Source: a virus (lineage: Duplodnaviria > Heunggongvirae > Uroviricota > Caudoviricetes). Taken from it: a stretch of 28,010 bases of DNA. The notes under the pieces were generated by a model. It had not been told where the DNA came from and did not search any database. It saw only the letters and a list, made by a program, of their open reading frames with translations. Location: IMG/VR virus record IMGVR_UViG_3300017650_000002; one strand, given 5' to 3'. Positions 6,514 to 14,779 of the stretch are shown piece by piece (positions within the stretch are counted from its first letter, which is position 1; each line of letters starts with the position of its first letter). A program made the translations under genes and the position numbers.

Positions 6514-6831
6514 GTGATGTGTGTAAGGGTTAGGGCAGGAATCGTCTCAGACCTGCTGGGTAAGTGTGGTACGGTGATTGAGCGTGTTTCCCCTGGTGAA
6601 CGGACTGTCATTCAGGGCGTCCATTACCGTGAGGCACCCTCTGTCGGTTGGGTGGTTTCTCTTGATAACTATGCTGCTGTTACTTTTGAGGAACTTGGAA
6701 AGTTGAAACTATCAATTTTGTTGTTCAGAGAGGACCACTTGATCCGTATTGATGGCGATGCTGAAGAAGAAGAAGAATCTGAGGCAGATGAGGTCTCAAA
6801 AATATCTCCTCTAATGAAGGGGGCTGTATGA
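6514..6831 (+). CDS. Hypothetical protein with acidic C-terminal tail
   Basis: ORF fills the gap and overlaps the next start by ATGA. Confidence 0.75.
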   Translation: MMCVRVRAGIVSDLLGKCGTVIERVSPGERTVIQGVHYREAPSVGWVVSLDNYAAVTFEELGKLKLSILLFREDHLIRIDGDAEEEEESEADEVSKISPLMKGAV

Positions 6832-7034
6832 GTTACATCCAATGTAAACGCGTGTATATGGTGGAATACACGGAGGTAGGCTGGGGACATGATGTGTGGA
6901 TACGAGAGTTTGCTTCAGAAGAGCAGGCCCGAGCCGAAGTACAAGAAGTGAACCGATGGGCATGTGAAAACTACTCAAGAGGTGGGGATACAATCGTTGC
7001 GAGCTATCTTGGAGATAGGTTGGTGGAGGTTTGA
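6828..7034 (+). CDS. Hypothetical protein; paralog of 7036-7224
   Basis: Shared pattern Y..EYT.....W.REF.SE..A..EV...N...YLG. Confidence 0.8.
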   Translation: MSYIQCKRVYMVEYTEVGWGHDVWIREFASEEQARAEVQEVNRWACENYSRGGDTIVASYLGDRLVEV

Positions 7035-7035
7035 C

Positions 7036-7224
7036 ATGGCAGATAAGTATGGTATAGAATATACAAACAGTATGTCGCCTAACTTCACTTGGGTTCGTGA
7101 GTTTGACTCAGAGTTGGAAGCCACAACTGAAGTTTATCTGTGCAATAAACATGCACTAGCCCTGTCGGGTGTGTGTAGTTATACTGTGACAGCAATTTAT
7201 CTTGGTAAAATTGATAAGGAGTAG
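7036..7224 (+). CDS. Hypothetical protein; paralog of 6828-7034
   Basis: GGAGG RBS and ATG 7036; same shared pattern. Confidence 0.8.
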   Translation: MADKYGIEYTNSMSPNFTWVREFDSELEATTEVYLCNKHALALSGVCSYTVTAIYLGKIDKE

Positions 7225-7226
7225 GA

Positions 7227-7496
7227 ATGGAAATTTTGAATCAGCTTCGTGGCGGTAACGGCAAGAAGATTTCTGAGATGATCGAACGTGGGGTTGCTCT
7301 GATGCATGAGAAGGCTGTGCTGGATGAAGACATCAAGCAACTTGCAGAAGATGCTAAGGATGAGTTTGAAGTTAAGCCAGCAGAGTTTAAGAAGGTGGTC
7401 ACTGCTGCTTTCGATGAACAGGTGCTGGTGAAGAAGCAAGAAGAGCTTACCAATCTTGAGGATGCAGTTGACATCCATAAGACACATCAAAGCTAA
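7227..7496 (+). CDS. Small helical protein, possibly T4 DsbA/GapR-like dsDNA-binding protein
   Basis: 89 aa; EDIKQLAEDAKDEFEVKPAEFKKVV resembles the recalled DsbA IKDIRIRAKDELGVDGKMFNRLL. Confidence 0.55.
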   Translation: MEILNQLRGGNGKKISEMIERGVALMHEKAVLDEDIKQLAEDAKDEFEVKPAEFKKVVTAAFDEQVLVKKQEELTNLEDAVDIHKTHQS

Positions 7497-7515
7497 TAGT
7501 ACAGAGCTTTAAATG

Positions 7516-7553
7516 AGGACAACTAGGATAACTTCTAGTTGTCCTTTCTCTTT
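7516..7553 (+). terminator. Intrinsic terminator
   Basis: AGGACAACTAG(GA)/(TT)CTAGTTGTCCT, 11-13 bp stem followed by TTCTCTTT. Confidence 0.8.
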
Positions 7554-7564
7554 ATGGAGGTAAT

Positions 7565-8572
7565 ATGTTTGAGAGAGCAGTCTTTGATTATGACGCTTTC
7601 ATCTACAGTATTGGGCATGCAGTAGAGAAGAAAAGCATTATAGTAACAAACAAGCACAACGGTTGGACAAAAGAGTTCGACACAAGAACACAATTCTGGG
7701 GACACCATTTAAAGAAGAATGGTGGATACCTGGGAGAGGTTAACAAGAAGAAGGTGGAACTGGGGCAAGAGCCGGCCGTTCCAGAGGATTTCATTATAGA
7801 GCCTAGGCAAACCCCCAAGGGTAACTTGGCAGAGGCCCTGGGCACCGTTAAAGCCTGCCTAAACAAGATTATTTCTACCCTACAGGTGGATGAGTATATG
7901 GGGTTTATCGGCAAGGGTGCTTCATTTAGGGAAGATAGGTCAACAATCATCAAGTATAAGGGAAATAGAGATGATGCTGTGAAGCCCCTACTGAAGCAAG
8001 AGATTGAAGACTACATCGTCAAGAATCACAATGGTGAGATAGTAACCGGACTAGAAGCTGACGACTGGTGCATTATTGAAGGTGTCAAGGAAGGAAGAGT
8101 TGTTGTTGCAGTGGATAAAGATTCCCTAGGGTGCCCTGTGTACACTTATAATCCAGACAAGCCCCAACAGGGCATCGTGAATGGTAATTGCTACGGATCC
8201 CTAGAGGTTAATTCTAAGAATGAAGTAAGGGGATTCGGCAGGAAGTGGTTCTATTTCCAAGTGGGTTATGGGGATGATGTAGATAACTACAGGTCCAATA
8301 GTGCCACAAGTATGAAGATTGGTGAGAAGACAATCTTTGAAATGATGAACTATGCCACCAATGACAAGGAATCTCTGGAGGCTCTTGTCAAGGTTTATAA
8401 GCACATCTACCCTGAACCAGTTGAAATTACCGGTTGGCGTGGGGACAAAATTGTGGTAGACTGGCGTTATGCACTTCTTGAGAATTGGGATTTGGCTCGC
8501 ATGCTCAGGTCTGAAGACGACAAGGTTAGTGCGGAAGATGTTCTACGTAAGTATTCACTTTGGGAGGAATAA
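7565..8572 (+). CDS. 5'-3' exonuclease (T7 gp6/FEN-like)
   Basis: FDYDAFIY, YKGNR, GLEADD, VDKD, GDDVDN motifs. Confidence 0.88.
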   Translation: MFERAVFDYDAFIYSIGHAVEKKSIIVTNKHNGWTKEFDTRTQFWGHHLKKNGGYLGEVNKKKVELGQEPAVPEDFIIEPRQTPKGNLAEALGTVKACLNKIISTLQVDEYMGFIGKGASFREDRSTIIKYKGNRDDAVKPLLKQEIEDYIVKNHNGEIVTGLEADDWCIIEGVKEGRVVVAVDKDSLGCPVYTYNPDKPQQGIVNGNCYGSLEVNSKNEVRGFGRKWFYFQVGYGDDVDNYRSNSATSMKIGEKTIFEMMNYATNDKESLEALVKVYKHIYPEPVEITGWRGDKIVVDWRYALLENWDLARMLRSEDDKVSAEDVLRKYSLWEE

Positions 8573-8763
8573 TGCCATACATTCATGAACACTACCCCAA
8601 GGGAGGGGACAAGGAGTTTCTTGTCTTTGCGTTTGAGGACAATACAGTAGACATAGATTGTAGCCAGTGGAACGGAGAAACCTCCGTGCACTTCAAACGT
8701 GACGAAATTGTGTCTCTTGTATGCTCCCTACAGAACTGGTTAGATATTACTCAGGAGGACTGA
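8572..8763 (+). CDS. Hypothetical protein (63 aa)
   Basis: TAATG coupling, GGAGG RBS. Confidence 0.75.
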   Translation: MPYIHEHYPKGGDKEFLVFAFEDNTVDIDCSQWNGETSVHFKRDEIVSLVCSLQNWLDITQED

Positions 8764-8903
8764 TGGATCTAGATATCGAATCTCACATCCTTTGGCATAT
8801 GGAAAAGGAAGAAATCAAAGACCTTATCCTGTACTTGGATAACCAGATTTGTTCCAGGGAGTGGACAAAAGACTTGGTACAGAAACTTGTAGAGACGCTA
8901 TGA
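8763..8903 (+). CDS. Hypothetical protein (46 aa)
   Basis: TGATG coupling, AGGAGG RBS. Confidence 0.7.
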   Translation: MDLDIESHILWHMEKEEIKDLILYLDNQICSREWTKDLVQKLVETL

Positions 8904-9094
8904 AAACTTTAACCGTAATCACATGCCCACGGGGTGATTGGACTGTTGTCCAGTTGGGGTACTATGTCCCCGTTACCATCTACCAAGGACATGATAGGTG
9001 GTCAGAGATGATTGAAGACATCTGCAATAGCCTTGATGTGGCTGTGGTATACAAGACAATATCAGATGAGGACATGGAGAGGCTTTATGGGTAG
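8900..9094 (+). CDS. Hypothetical protein (64 aa)
   Basis: ATGA overlap with the previous stop. Confidence 0.7.
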   Translation: MKTLTVITCPRGDWTVVQLGYYVPVTIYQGHDRWSEMIEDICNSLDVAVVYKTISDEDMERLYG

Positions 9095-9350
9095 AGTGGC
9101 AGGTAGGCTCAGCTGCTATTATTGGATGAGTAAAAGGACTGGATTAAGGGTGGGCTGGTTCTTTCCTTCCAATAAAGAGGCCCTTAAGTGGAAGAGCAAT
9201 AAGTATTACGCCTTTGTCGAGTCCCCCACTCTGGAGGAACACTTAGACAAGCACCCAGTATCTCGTGCAGTGAAGGAAGAAGAGATTTGGAATAGGCACA
9301 AAGAGTCTTTTGAAGACTTGGTTATTAGGAAAGGAGTTATACTGCTATGA
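9087..9350 (+). CDS. Hypothetical protein (87 aa)
   Basis: GGAGAGG RBS before ATG 9087. Confidence 0.65.
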   Translation: MGRVAGRLSCYYWMSKRTGLRVGWFFPSNKEALKWKSNKYYAFVESPTLEEHLDKHPVSRAVKEEEIWNRHKESFEDLVIRKGVILL

Positions 9351-9613
9351 ACACAAATGAAATTCTGGAGATGTTTGGGGACCATGTATGGGTGCCAGAA
9401 GACCTCACAGACTTTATTTTCAGTCTATCCGGATCTATGGTTTACTACCTTAAGGACGGAGATGTTTACAGTATTGAACGGACTTGTACTGTAGCAATAA
9501 ATGGGGACTACCATTTAACCATCTGTCAAGAAAATGGGGACAGATTCCAGGCAATCTTTGACTGGGCTAAAAAGGTAGACGATGTATACGATTACACAGA
9601 AGATGGATGTTAA
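9347..9613 (+). CDS. Hypothetical acidic protein (88 aa)
   Basis: AAGGAG RBS, ATGA overlap. Confidence 0.75.
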   Translation: MNTNEILEMFGDHVWVPEDLTDFIFSLSGSMVYYLKDGDVYSIERTCTVAINGDYHLTICQENGDRFQAIFDWAKKVDDVYDYTEDGC

Positions 9614-9614
9614 T

Positions 9615-9824
9615 ATGAATAAAACAGTGTATGGATATGTGATCTGGGACACCAAGCATCAGTGTAGGTATCTGCATACTTACACAACCAAAGGTGGTGC
9701 ACAAGTTGGGTTCAATGCAAACAGACAGTGTGGATGGGACGAAAATGGCAACCGTGTTATGGAGCCTGCATTCAAAGACCAAACCCGATATGTCATCCGT
9801 CCCTTGGTTCTTGGTGATGAGTAG
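9615..9824 (+). CDS. Hypothetical protein (69 aa)
   Basis: ATG 1 nt after the previous stop. Confidence 0.7.
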   Translation: MNKTVYGYVIWDTKHQCRYLHTYTTKGGAQVGFNANRQCGWDENGNRVMEPAFKDQTRYVIRPLVLGDE

Positions 9825-9993
9825 TCCTATAGAACGGAGGCCAGCCCAAAGGCAAGCATTTTGTAGAGGCTGCGACAAGGATATAAAGCCGGGAGAGGGC
9901 ATGGTGTCCACTTATTCACATAGAAATAGGGGACAGTGGATACATTTCTGCCTGGAATGTGCGAAGGAAGTTGGACGGTTAGCGGGAGGGTAA
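9817..9993 (+). CDS. Small zinc-finger-like protein (58 aa)
   Basis: CRGC...FCLEC. Confidence 0.7.
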   Translation: MSSPIERRPAQRQAFCRGCDKDIKPGEGMVSTYSHRNRGQWIHFCLECAKEVGRLAGG

Positions 9994-10113
9994 ATGACTG
10001 AAGATGAAGAAGAACGACTGGAGGAGGGAAAGATTAGGTGGCTAATCGAGCAGGCTAAGAAGCTATTCCCATATTGGGATGTGCCTAAAGTTGAGAAGTC
10101 CAATGAGCAGTAG
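9994..10113 (+). CDS. Hypothetical protein (39 aa)
   Basis: GGGAGG RBS, ATG directly after the previous stop; MTEDEEERLEEGKIRWL... Confidence 0.55.
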   Translation: MTEDEEERLEEGKIRWLIEQAKKLFPYWDVPKVEKSNEQ

Positions 10114-10951
10114 AGGGTGTTATGTCTATTGGATTAGAGGGTCAACTCACTCTGAAGTACTAACCGAGGGTTATGTAGGAATTTCTGTAGACCCTTACAA
10201 AAGGTTTGTTGAACATAAAAATTCAAAGGCAAAGTACTACAATAAAGATTTTAAACAAAATCTTGGGGAAGGGTTGTGTACCTTGGAGCTTCTATTTTAT
10301 GGGAGCGTAAGAGAGTGTTTTGATCTGGAAAATGAATTAAGACCTTTCAGTAATATAGGTTGGAACATTTCTCCGGGAGGTCTGGGGGGCTTAAATCTAA
10401 GTCATGGGCTTGCCGGACATCCAGTGTACAAACTCTACACTTATTATAAGGGGCTTTCAAAGTATGGAAAATTTTTACATAAAGATTGGCTTGGTCCAGC
10501 TGGCGTACTTAAGTTCATAGAGTTCTACGATTCCAAACCTGAAGGTACAAAACTAACGTTTACTTCCAAGGTAATGTCACAGGAAACCGCTGAATTTAAA
10601 ACTACAAAAGATATAAACAAAGAAATTCTCTCTAGCAGAGTGTTGTCTGGCATAGTAAATCCTGTGTCCACACTGGGTGATATCTTTGACATAAGACCTA
10701 ATACTATTTCAACTAGGATCTCCAGGGGATATTCTTTGGAAGAGGCATGTGGACTAGTTAAAAGACATAGCAGAATGGTTGTAGTTAATGGGGTTGAGTT
10801 TAAGTACAATGGTAAGCTCTCGGATAATCAAATAGAAACACTAGAGCGAATGTACATATCCGGTGAGAGTCAAGTCAGTATAGGGAAAGTTTTAAATATG
10901 AATAGCAGCAATATAGGTAGACTTTTGAGGAGGTTTAATCTTGCAGAGTAA
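10103..10951 (+). CDS. GIY-YIG homing endonuclease
   Basis: CYVYWI...GYVGIS...KRFVEH, later E and GWNISPGG; C-terminal DNA-binding/HTH-like modules; ATG 10103. Confidence 0.85.
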   Translation: MSSRGCYVYWIRGSTHSEVLTEGYVGISVDPYKRFVEHKNSKAKYYNKDFKQNLGEGLCTLELLFYGSVRECFDLENELRPFSNIGWNISPGGLGGLNLSHGLAGHPVYKLYTYYKGLSKYGKFLHKDWLGPAGVLKFIEFYDSKPEGTKLTFTSKVMSQETAEFKTTKDINKEILSSRVLSGIVNPVSTLGDIFDIRPNTISTRISRGYSLEEACGLVKRHSRMVVVNGVEFKYNGKLSDNQIETLERMYISGESQVSIGKVLNMNSSNIGRLLRRFNLAE

Positions 10952-11486
10952 TTTATGGGACTTGTACCCCGATGTGTGGCCTACCAAAGCCTCTTTTTTT
11001 AGTTGGCTTCGGGGTTCTTTGAGAAGGGCGGTATGGGAAAAGTACCCCATCAAGTTGAGGTTTAAAAATAGCGCTTGTGGTAAGCCTCCACCTGACTACT
11101 CAGGTAAGGCTAAATCTGGCACTCACTGCGCACTAACCGGAGAATGGATTGCAAAATCATACCTGGAAGTTGATCACATAAGGGGTAATGCATCTCTACG
11201 AGATTGGGACGACTTAGAGCCGTTTGTTAGACATTTGTGTACAACAGAGGACAACTTACAGCTTGTGTCCAAAGAGGCTCATAAAATCAAGAGTTATGCC
11301 GAAAAACGGGGTATTAGTTTTGCTGAGGCAAGGGCAGAGAAAGCTGCCATCAAGATTATCAAAGAGAAACGCGACTTGACAGAGCTTGAGAATTATGGTA
11401 TAATTCCTGCCCGCACTCAGAAAGCTCGAAGAACTCAGTTAGTTCAGATTTTAAGTCAAGAATATGGTTTTAGTGGGGACATATGA
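10941..11486 (+). CDS. HNH-like endodeoxyribonuclease (resident replication/recombination nuclease)
   Basis: LEVDH...NLQLVSKEAHKIKS; TTG start with GAGGAGG RBS. Confidence 0.75.
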   Translation: MQSNLWDLYPDVWPTKASFFSWLRGSLRRAVWEKYPIKLRFKNSACGKPPPDYSGKAKSGTHCALTGEWIAKSYLEVDHIRGNASLRDWDDLEPFVRHLCTTEDNLQLVSKEAHKIKSYAEKRGISFAEARAEKAAIKIIKEKRDLTELENYGIIPARTQKARRTQLVQILSQEYGFSGDI

Positions 11487-11656
11487 GCTATGAACATCAT
11501 AGCGGGTCTTCGCAAAAGGAGTATCCCGAAGAGGTGATGCTACTTATTCGTAGGTTACTTAACTTATCTAACTTAGACCAAGAGGTTAATGCTAAGCACC
11601 TAGCTTTAGATTTATTGAAACAGTTAGACCAAGACCGGGAAGCATTTTCTCGGTAA
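11483..11656 (+). CDS. Hypothetical protein (57 aa)
   Basis: ATGA overlap; fills the gap before the next gene. Confidence 0.6.
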   Translation: MSYEHHSGSSQKEYPEEVMLLIRRLLNLSNLDQEVNAKHLALDLLKQLDQDREAFSR

Positions 11657-11668
11657 ACAGGAGGTAGA

Positions 11669-12586
11669 ATGAGTATTTGGAAGGAAGAAGCACTGGCAAT
11701 GGCACGAACAGAGGACTACTCCTGGCGTGAGATTGCCAAGATTTTAAATGTCCCAAAAAGTACAGTTAGCGATTATTTACGTGGGTCCTACTCTGTTTAT
11801 GAAAAACAAGGGTTTGTTGGGCCTAAGCTTTTATTCCTAGATATTGAGACAGCGCCCCTACGGGCATTCTTGTGGTCTATGTGGCAAAATGGGGTAGGAC
11901 TAAATCAGATTCAAAATGATTGGTTTATCCTATCTTTTTGTGCTAAATGGGGACACAAGGACGAGGTTGAGTACATGGACCTACGGGGACGGGTTGCTGG
12001 AGAGAATGACCAAGATCTTCTCCTGCGAATCTGGGACCTTCTAGATGAGGCAGATTTTGTTGTTACACAAAATGGTCGTAAGTTTGACATCAAGAAGATT
12101 AATGCACGTCTGATCATCAATGGGTTCACAAAGCCTTCCACTTTCCGTCAGATTGACACTCTGGAGATTGCCAAGCGTCAGTTTGGGTTTACAAGCCGAA
12201 AGCTGGAGTACATGACCGAAAAGTTGTGTAAGACTTATGTGAAATCTAAGCATCAGAAGTATCCAGGCCAGGAACTGTGGAACGCATGTATGAAGGATGT
12301 TCCAGACGCTTGGGAAGAAATGGAAGACTACAACAGGGGTGATGTTCTGTCCCTGGAGGAGTTGTTTCATGTGTTTGTACCATGGGATGATAAGCTTCCA
12401 AACTTTGACCTATACTACAATGATGTGTTTGATCTTCGAGACTGGGAAGAAGATGGCTTTCACTACACCAATCTTGGTAAGTATCAACGTTATCGCAACA
12501 AAAAGACTGGACAACAACGTCGTGGGCGTGTTAATCTGTTGTCTAAAGAAAAGCGTGCCAGTTTGCTGGCTAATATCTTAGTTTAA
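11669..12586 (+). CDS. HTH plus DnaQ/RNase H-like 3'-5' exonuclease
   Basis: N-terminal SWREIAKILNVPKSTVSDYL HTH; ExoI FLDIET, ExoII NGRKFD, ExoIII YNRGD. Confidence 0.85.
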   Translation: MSIWKEEALAMARTEDYSWREIAKILNVPKSTVSDYLRGSYSVYEKQGFVGPKLLFLDIETAPLRAFLWSMWQNGVGLNQIQNDWFILSFCAKWGHKDEVEYMDLRGRVAGENDQDLLLRIWDLLDEADFVVTQNGRKFDIKKINARLIINGFTKPSTFRQIDTLEIAKRQFGFTSRKLEYMTEKLCKTYVKSKHQKYPGQELWNACMKDVPDAWEEMEDYNRGDVLSLEELFHVFVPWDDKLPNFDLYYNDVFDLRDWEEDGFHYTNLGKYQRYRNKKTGQQRRGRVNLLSKEKRASLLANILV

Positions 12587-12596
12587 GGAGTAATAA

Positions 12597-12854
12597 ATGA
12601 CACAACGTGAAGTAGATCAGTTCGTACTATCAGCAATCCTGGTTTATCTGAAGGATGTTGAAGAGGGAGCCTCCAAGATAGGTAACGCTGGACTGGTTGC
12701 GTCGAGAGTAGGAGAGGAGCGATTAATCAAGCTAATGTCCGTAGCACTCGTGTTTGCAGCAGAGCAGCTTGGCAAACCAGATGAACAAAGTCTAGAAAAC
12801 TTCAAGCTGATCAATCAAGTTATTGATGATGTTCTAGCCCGCATCAATCCATAA
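12597..12854 (+). CDS. Hypothetical protein (85 aa)
   Basis: AAGGAG RBS. Confidence 0.8.
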   Translation: MTQREVDQFVLSAILVYLKDVEEGASKIGNAGLVASRVGEERLIKLMSVALVFAAEQLGKPDEQSLENFKLINQVIDDVLARINP

Positions 12855-12869
12855 TTTGTGGTATAATAG
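12853..12869 (+). promoter_or_regulatory. Extended -10 promoter
   Basis: AATTTGTGGTATAATAG, identical to 5365-5381. Confidence 0.65.
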
Positions 12870-12899
12870 GGAACCGATTGGGGTTCCCTATTTTCATTT
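12866..12899 (+). terminator. Intrinsic terminator overlapping the -10 element
   Basis: ATAGGGAACC-GATTGG-GGTTCCCTAT followed by TTTCATTT. Confidence 0.75.
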
Positions 12900-12908
12900 G
12901 GAGGATAT

Positions 12909-13139
12909 ATGACAGAGTGGAATTTAGATATGCTATTGGCAGCAGGTCTGCTTGGACTTATCCATGGGGATGATGATAACCAGAAAGAGTTCAGAAAAGC
13001 TATGGGAGTGCAAAATTTAATTTTGCTAGACAGGCTGGCGGATGTGTGGAATGAAGAAACAGAAGAGTTTGATATAGTGCCAAAGGCAGTTGAAATTTGT
13101 AAAGATTTGTTGCAAAAGTATGGAGATAAGTTGAAATGA
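12909..13139 (+). CDS. Hypothetical protein (76 aa)
   Basis: GGAGG RBS. Confidence 0.8.
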   Translation: MTEWNLDMLLAAGLLGLIHGDDDNQKEFRKAMGVQNLILLDRLADVWNEETEEFDIVPKAVEICKDLLQKYGDKLK

Positions 13140-13414
13140 AATCAGTAGTTGTTTTTACAGGGAAAAATTGTGCAAAGTGTGATAGCCTTAAGGCACGTCT
13201 GAAAGATCGTGGGTTTCTTCCCAAGGATGAAAACGAGGTAGGGGACTACACCGTCCTTGACGTGATGACAAATATGTCACTGGCTAAGTTGTATGGTGTA
13301 CGTTCTGTCCCCACTACTGTAGTACTTGACCCAGAGACTGAAAAAGAGGTAGCATTTTATACTAGCGACAATAAGATTGATGAGATTGTTGCTCATCTAA
13401 GTGGAAAGCTGTAA
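13136..13414 (+). CDS. Thioredoxin/glutaredoxin-like redoxin (likely RNR electron donor)
   Basis: N-terminal CAKC and cis-Pro VRSVPT motif; close to nrdAB. Confidence 0.85.
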   Translation: MKSVVVFTGKNCAKCDSLKARLKDRGFLPKDENEVGDYTVLDVMTNMSLAKLYGVRSVPTTVVLDPETEKEVAFYTSDNKIDEIVAHLSGKL

Positions 13415-13422
13415 GGAGGAAT

Positions 13423-14361
13423 ATGTTTCAAACAAAAATTTTGGCGCACAGTATTTGCGTCAACACACACAAAGAGCTTACTGCCTGGGAGTTAATCTAT
13501 CCCCGTTTTATCCACTCAGAACTGATGACACATGGTATGCTTGTAAAGAATGCAGCATCGTCTCGTGCCATCCCAGTTCAGAAGGTTATTGAGATGGTGA
13601 AGGACAACCCAGCAATGCCTGTACACTGGGGCAAGAATCAGCCAGGGATGCAAGCTGATGAGGAGCTTACAGGACAGGATCTAGAAGATGTACGTAATAG
13701 CTGGCTGAGGGCTGCCACTAAGGCTGTCGCTGAAGCTGAGTACATGGCTTCAAAGGGTGCACACAAACAGGTGATCAACCGGATTTTGGAGCCATTCCAA
13801 TGGATGAAGACTGTTGTGTCTGGCACAGAGTGGGCCAACTTCTATTGGCTGAGAAACCATGAAGCGGCAGACCCCACTTTCCGAAAGCTTGCGAGTATGA
13901 TGCAGACGGAGCATGAAGAAAGTATCCCTGTTGCTCTATTCCCTGGAGACTGGCATGTTCCGTATTTTGGCAAGACTGGGCATTGGTTTCATGGCTACCA
14001 TAACTCAGGATATTCACTAGAAGATGCACTAAACATTAGCATGTCTTGTTGTGCCCAGGTGTCTTATAGAACCTTGAATGACAGCCTAGAAAAGGCTGAG
14101 ACAGTTGTGGCACGCTTGAATCTAGGTGTAGATAAGAGTGAACCTTGTCATGCAAGCCCAAGTGCACACCAAGGAACACCAATGAAACCTACCGAAGTTA
14201 CAGGGTGTGGTGATGGCAAGGGCTGGGTAAACTGCATGGCTCTACCTGAGACTTGGCAGGAAGGCATCACGGCATGGCATAAGGATCTTGGTTTTATGTC
14301 TGGTAACTTTGCAGGTTTTATTCAAAATCGTCAGCTGATTGACGGGCATGTAAAGTGGTGA
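13423..14361 (+). CDS. thyX: FAD-dependent thymidylate synthase
   Basis: YPRFIHSELMTH...NAASSRAIP, HKQVINRILEPF, CAQVSY, HASPSAHQ phage ThyX signatures. Confidence 0.9.
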   Translation: MFQTKILAHSICVNTHKELTAWELIYPRFIHSELMTHGMLVKNAASSRAIPVQKVIEMVKDNPAMPVHWGKNQPGMQADEELTGQDLEDVRNSWLRAATKAVAEAEYMASKGAHKQVINRILEPFQWMKTVVSGTEWANFYWLRNHEAADPTFRKLASMMQTEHEESIPVALFPGDWHVPYFGKTGHWFHGYHNSGYSLEDALNISMSCCAQVSYRTLNDSLEKAETVVARLNLGVDKSEPCHASPSAHQGTPMKPTEVTGCGDGKGWVNCMALPETWQEGITAWHKDLGFMSGNFAGFIQNRQLIDGHVKW

Positions 14362-14371
14362 GGAGTAGTAA

Positions 14372-14779
14372 ATGACACATCGAGCTATTAGTATGGAAGA
14401 CCTCAGGGCAGTGCCAGAGGCCTATAAGGTGTTTATGGAAGGAAGTCATCAAGACTTTATGGATCTGCTGTACAGTATTGGGTTCGATACTAAGAAGGAT
14501 ATCGAGGTGGAGACGGTTTTCCACCGCCCTATGGTACACTCCAGAGAGGTTGCATGCCCACGTTGGATTGGGGAGGAACGATCAGACCCTGAGTGGATGG
14601 CGTCCCCATACTGCACCTTAGAAAATAAATTGGTTCAAATTGGGAAGAAGGATGTAACTTTCCAAAAAGAGTTGGTAGAAATGGGGACATTTCCCAACTA
14701 TACAGCTATGTTTGTGGATCACATCAAGGACAATACTAAAACAAAGAGTCGAAAGACTAATAAAACCGGAGAGCAGTAG
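14372..14779 (+). CDS. Hypothetical protein (135 aa)
   Basis: GAGGAG RBS; located between thyX and nrdB. Confidence 0.85.
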   Translation: MTHRAISMEDLRAVPEAYKVFMEGSHQDFMDLLYSIGFDTKKDIEVETVFHRPMVHSREVACPRWIGEERSDPEWMASPYCTLENKLVQIGKKDVTFQKELVEMGTFPNYTAMFVDHIKDNTKTKSRKTNKTGEQ

